Shown here piece after piece: positions 62,249-64,000 of a stretch of 64,000 bases of DNA. Below the pieces are notes generated by a model that saw nothing but the letters and a program-made list of their open reading frames with translations, had not been told where the DNA came from and did not search any database. The translations under genes and the position numbers were made by a program. Location of the stretch: the NCBI RefSeq assembly GCF_003334335.1, contig NZ_QOWQ01000003.1; one strand, written 5' to 3'. Position 1 is the stretch's first letter. Every line of letters begins with the position of its first letter. This stretch comes from Escherichia coli (lineage in GTDB: Bacteria; Pseudomonadota; Gammaproteobacteria; Enterobacterales; Enterobacteriaceae).

Positions 62249-62770
62249 TTACTTAATTACACCACAGGCATAGCGTTCACCGCCACCGCCCAGCGGTTTA
62301 GGTTGATCGGACATATTATCGCCGCCAACGTGGACCATCAGCGCTTTGTCTTTGATTTCATCCAGTGATTTCAGACGAGGCGCGATGACGGCATCGGTAG
62401 CTTTGCCGTCATTATTGACGACCAGTGCAGGCAGATCGCCTAAATGCCCGGCACCTTCTGGCCCTTCATGTTTACCGGTATTTTGTGGATCAAGATGCCC
62501 GCCTGCGGATTCCGCGGCGCTGGCTTTGCCATCTTTGGTGGCTGGCTGGCAGCTTCCTTTGGCATGAATATGGAAGCCATGTTCACCGGGGGGTAATGCT
62601 TTCAGATCGGGCGAAAACTCCAGACCTTTATCGGTTTCAGTAATGGTGACGCTACCAATTGACTGCCCTACCCCTTGCGACGTGACGAGGTTCATCTCGA
62701 CTTTTTCACTGGCAGCTTGTGCGCCGGTTGCAACAACCAGCGCCAGAATAGCCAGACTAAAACGTTTCAT
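62249..62770 (-). CDS. sodC: Periplasmic Cu,Zn superoxide dismutase.
   Basis: The known start MKRFSLAILALVV is at 62770 (173 aa). The track ORF is 17 codons longer. Confidence 0.95.
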   Translation of the reverse strand: MKRFSLAILALVVATGAQAASEKVEMNLVTSQGVGQSIGSVTITETDKGLEFSPDLKALPPGEHGFHIHAKGSCQPATKDGKASAAESAGGHLDPQNTGKHEGPEGAGHLGDLPALVVNNDGKATDAVIAPRLKSLDEIKDKALMVHVGGDNMSDQPKPLGGGGERYACGVIK

Positions 62771-62850
62771 AGGACCTCCGTTCATTGTGCATTCCTGAAT
62801 AAGTGTAAACCAGTGACACATTTTTGAACGGCGGCTATTCCTAAAAGTGC

Positions 62851-63747
62851 TTACGGTACGTCGTACCCCAGTGCCGCTTTACGGATACGAAACCATTGTT
62901 GACGGGTCATTTTCAGTGTTTCTGCTTCGACAGCTGCCCGTACGCGCTCAATTTTACCTGAACCGATAATTGGCAGCGGCTGCGATGGTAAACGTAATAC
63001 CCAGGCGTAAACCACCTGTTCAATCGAGCCCGCGTTTAACTCCTCTGCCACCACAGCCAGTTCATCACGCAGCGGCTGGAAATAATCATCATTAAACAGA
63101 CGACCACCACCAAGGCAGGACCACGCCATCGGACGAACACGCAGTTGTTGTAGTTGGTCGAGCGTGCCATCCAGCAGTAACGGCTGATGCACCGGGGATA
63201 TTTCCACCTGATTAGTGGCAAGGGTAAACGGCAGACGTGATTGCAACAGGGCAAATTGCGCAGGCGTAAAGTTCGATACGCCAAAATGACGCACTTTGCC
63301 GCTCTGATGCAGATGTTTGAACGCGTCCGCCACTTCATCGGCATCCATTAACGGGTCTGGTCGGTGGATTAACAGCAAATCCAGATGATCGGTCGCGAGA
63401 TTAATTAGCGACTGTTCGGCGCTCTTAATGATGTGATCGCGGTCAGTGATGTAATGACCAATGACGTTTTCTTCACGCGCGGTCGTCGCGATACCGCATT
63501 TACTGACGATTTCCATCCGTTCACGCAGGTGAGGTGCCAGTTTCAGTGCCTCGCCAAACGCCGCTTCGCACTGATAGCCACCATAAATATCAGCATGGTC
63601 CACGGTGGTCACGCCGAGATCCAGATGCTCTTCAATAAAACTGACCAGCTGGCGGGCGGACATATTCCAGTCCATCAATCGCCAGTAGCCCATCACAAAA
63701 CGGGAAAACTCCGGGCCTTGCGGCGCAATAGTAATACGCTGAACCAT
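62851..63747 (-). CDS. ydhF: Aldo-keto reductase family oxidoreductase YdhF.
   Basis: 298 aa. Matches K-12 YdhF. Confidence 0.94.
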   Translation of the reverse strand: MVQRITIAPQGPEFSRFVMGYWRLMDWNMSARQLVSFIEEHLDLGVTTVDHADIYGGYQCEAAFGEALKLAPHLRERMEIVSKCGIATTAREENVIGHYITDRDHIIKSAEQSLINLATDHLDLLLIHRPDPLMDADEVADAFKHLHQSGKVRHFGVSNFTPAQFALLQSRLPFTLATNQVEISPVHQPLLLDGTLDQLQQLRVRPMAWSCLGGGRLFNDDYFQPLRDELAVVAEELNAGSIEQVVYAWVLRLPSQPLPIIGSGKIERVRAAVEAETLKMTRQQWFRIRKAALGYDVP

Positions 63748-63795
63748 AATCGCTTCCTCTTATCAGATATGAGAGGAGTATACGCAAGATTAGGT

Positions 63796-64000
63796 TCAAA
63801 AGAGTGATGGTTGCTCCGGTTCGTCTGATGACGCTGGCTTATTTGCGCGTAATTTGCGCATTAATCGCTGCCGACAAAGGCGCAGCACCTCTTGTTTTTC
63901 GCCATCGCTCATTTTATTCCAGTTAAAACGCTCATCACGACTACGAAAACAGCCGCGACAAAACCCGCGTTCGTCAGACTGGCAAATTCCCCGGCACGGG
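63796..64000 (-). CDS. ydhL: DUF1289 protein YdhL, 5' end cut by the window edge.
   Basis: The minus-strand frame reads ...CRGICQSDERGFCRGCFRSRDERFNWNKMSDGEKQEVLRLCRQRLMRKLRANKPASSDEPEQPSLF and stops at 63796-63798. Not in the ORF track because it is truncated. Confidence 0.85.
   Translation of the reverse strand, partial: PCRGICQSDERGFCRGCFRSRDERFNWNKMSDGEKQEVLRLCRQRLMRKLRANKPASSDEPEQPSLF

Overview
This window is Escherichia coli chromosome with a K-12-like backbone. Gene order is tqsA-pntBA-ydgH-ydgI-folM-ydgC-rstAB-tus-fumCA-manA-ydgA-uidCBA-uidR-hdhA-malI-malXY-add-ydgJ-blr-cnu-ydgK-rsxABCDGE-nth-dtpA-gstA-pdxY-tyrS-pdxH-mliC-anmK-slyB-slyA-ydhIJK-sodC-ydhF-ydhL. From about 12.25 kb to 64 kb it is ordinary, densely coding housekeeping DNA, and the proteins match E. 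coli K-12 as I recall them.

The accessory part is 1-12251, an integrated phage satellite transcribed almost entirely on the minus strand. It carries:
- a P4-type tyrosine integrase and AlpA;
- an Icd-like gene;
- a three-operator back-to-back promoter switch next to a small ribbon-helix-helix protein;
- an iteron origin directly after a RepA-like helicase gene, plus its own SSB;
- a PerC-like regulator;
- a complete HK97-type head module: major capsid, prohead protease, portal, two head-tail connector proteins, an HNH endonuclease and the start of a P27-type small terminase.

No tail, lysis or baseplate genes are present. This is the architecture of a capsid-forming, tail-stealing PICI-like satellite.

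The element sits inside the AI-2 exporter gene tqsA, so only the 3' 294 codons of tqsA remain here. Its own terS is cut by an IS186 copy whose right end fills positions 1-76, so the rest of the island (terS 3' part, terL, other att site) is outside the window.

Other notable points:
- The capsid operon has a structured leader with competing terminator and antiterminator pairings.
- A 53-bp block carries 16 substitutions that erase the canonical TerB site and change 4 of the first 8 Tus residues.
- rsxC contains a 96-bp tandem repeat array.

I found no CRISPR array, tRNA or rRNA gene, and no recognisable anti-phage defence cassette.
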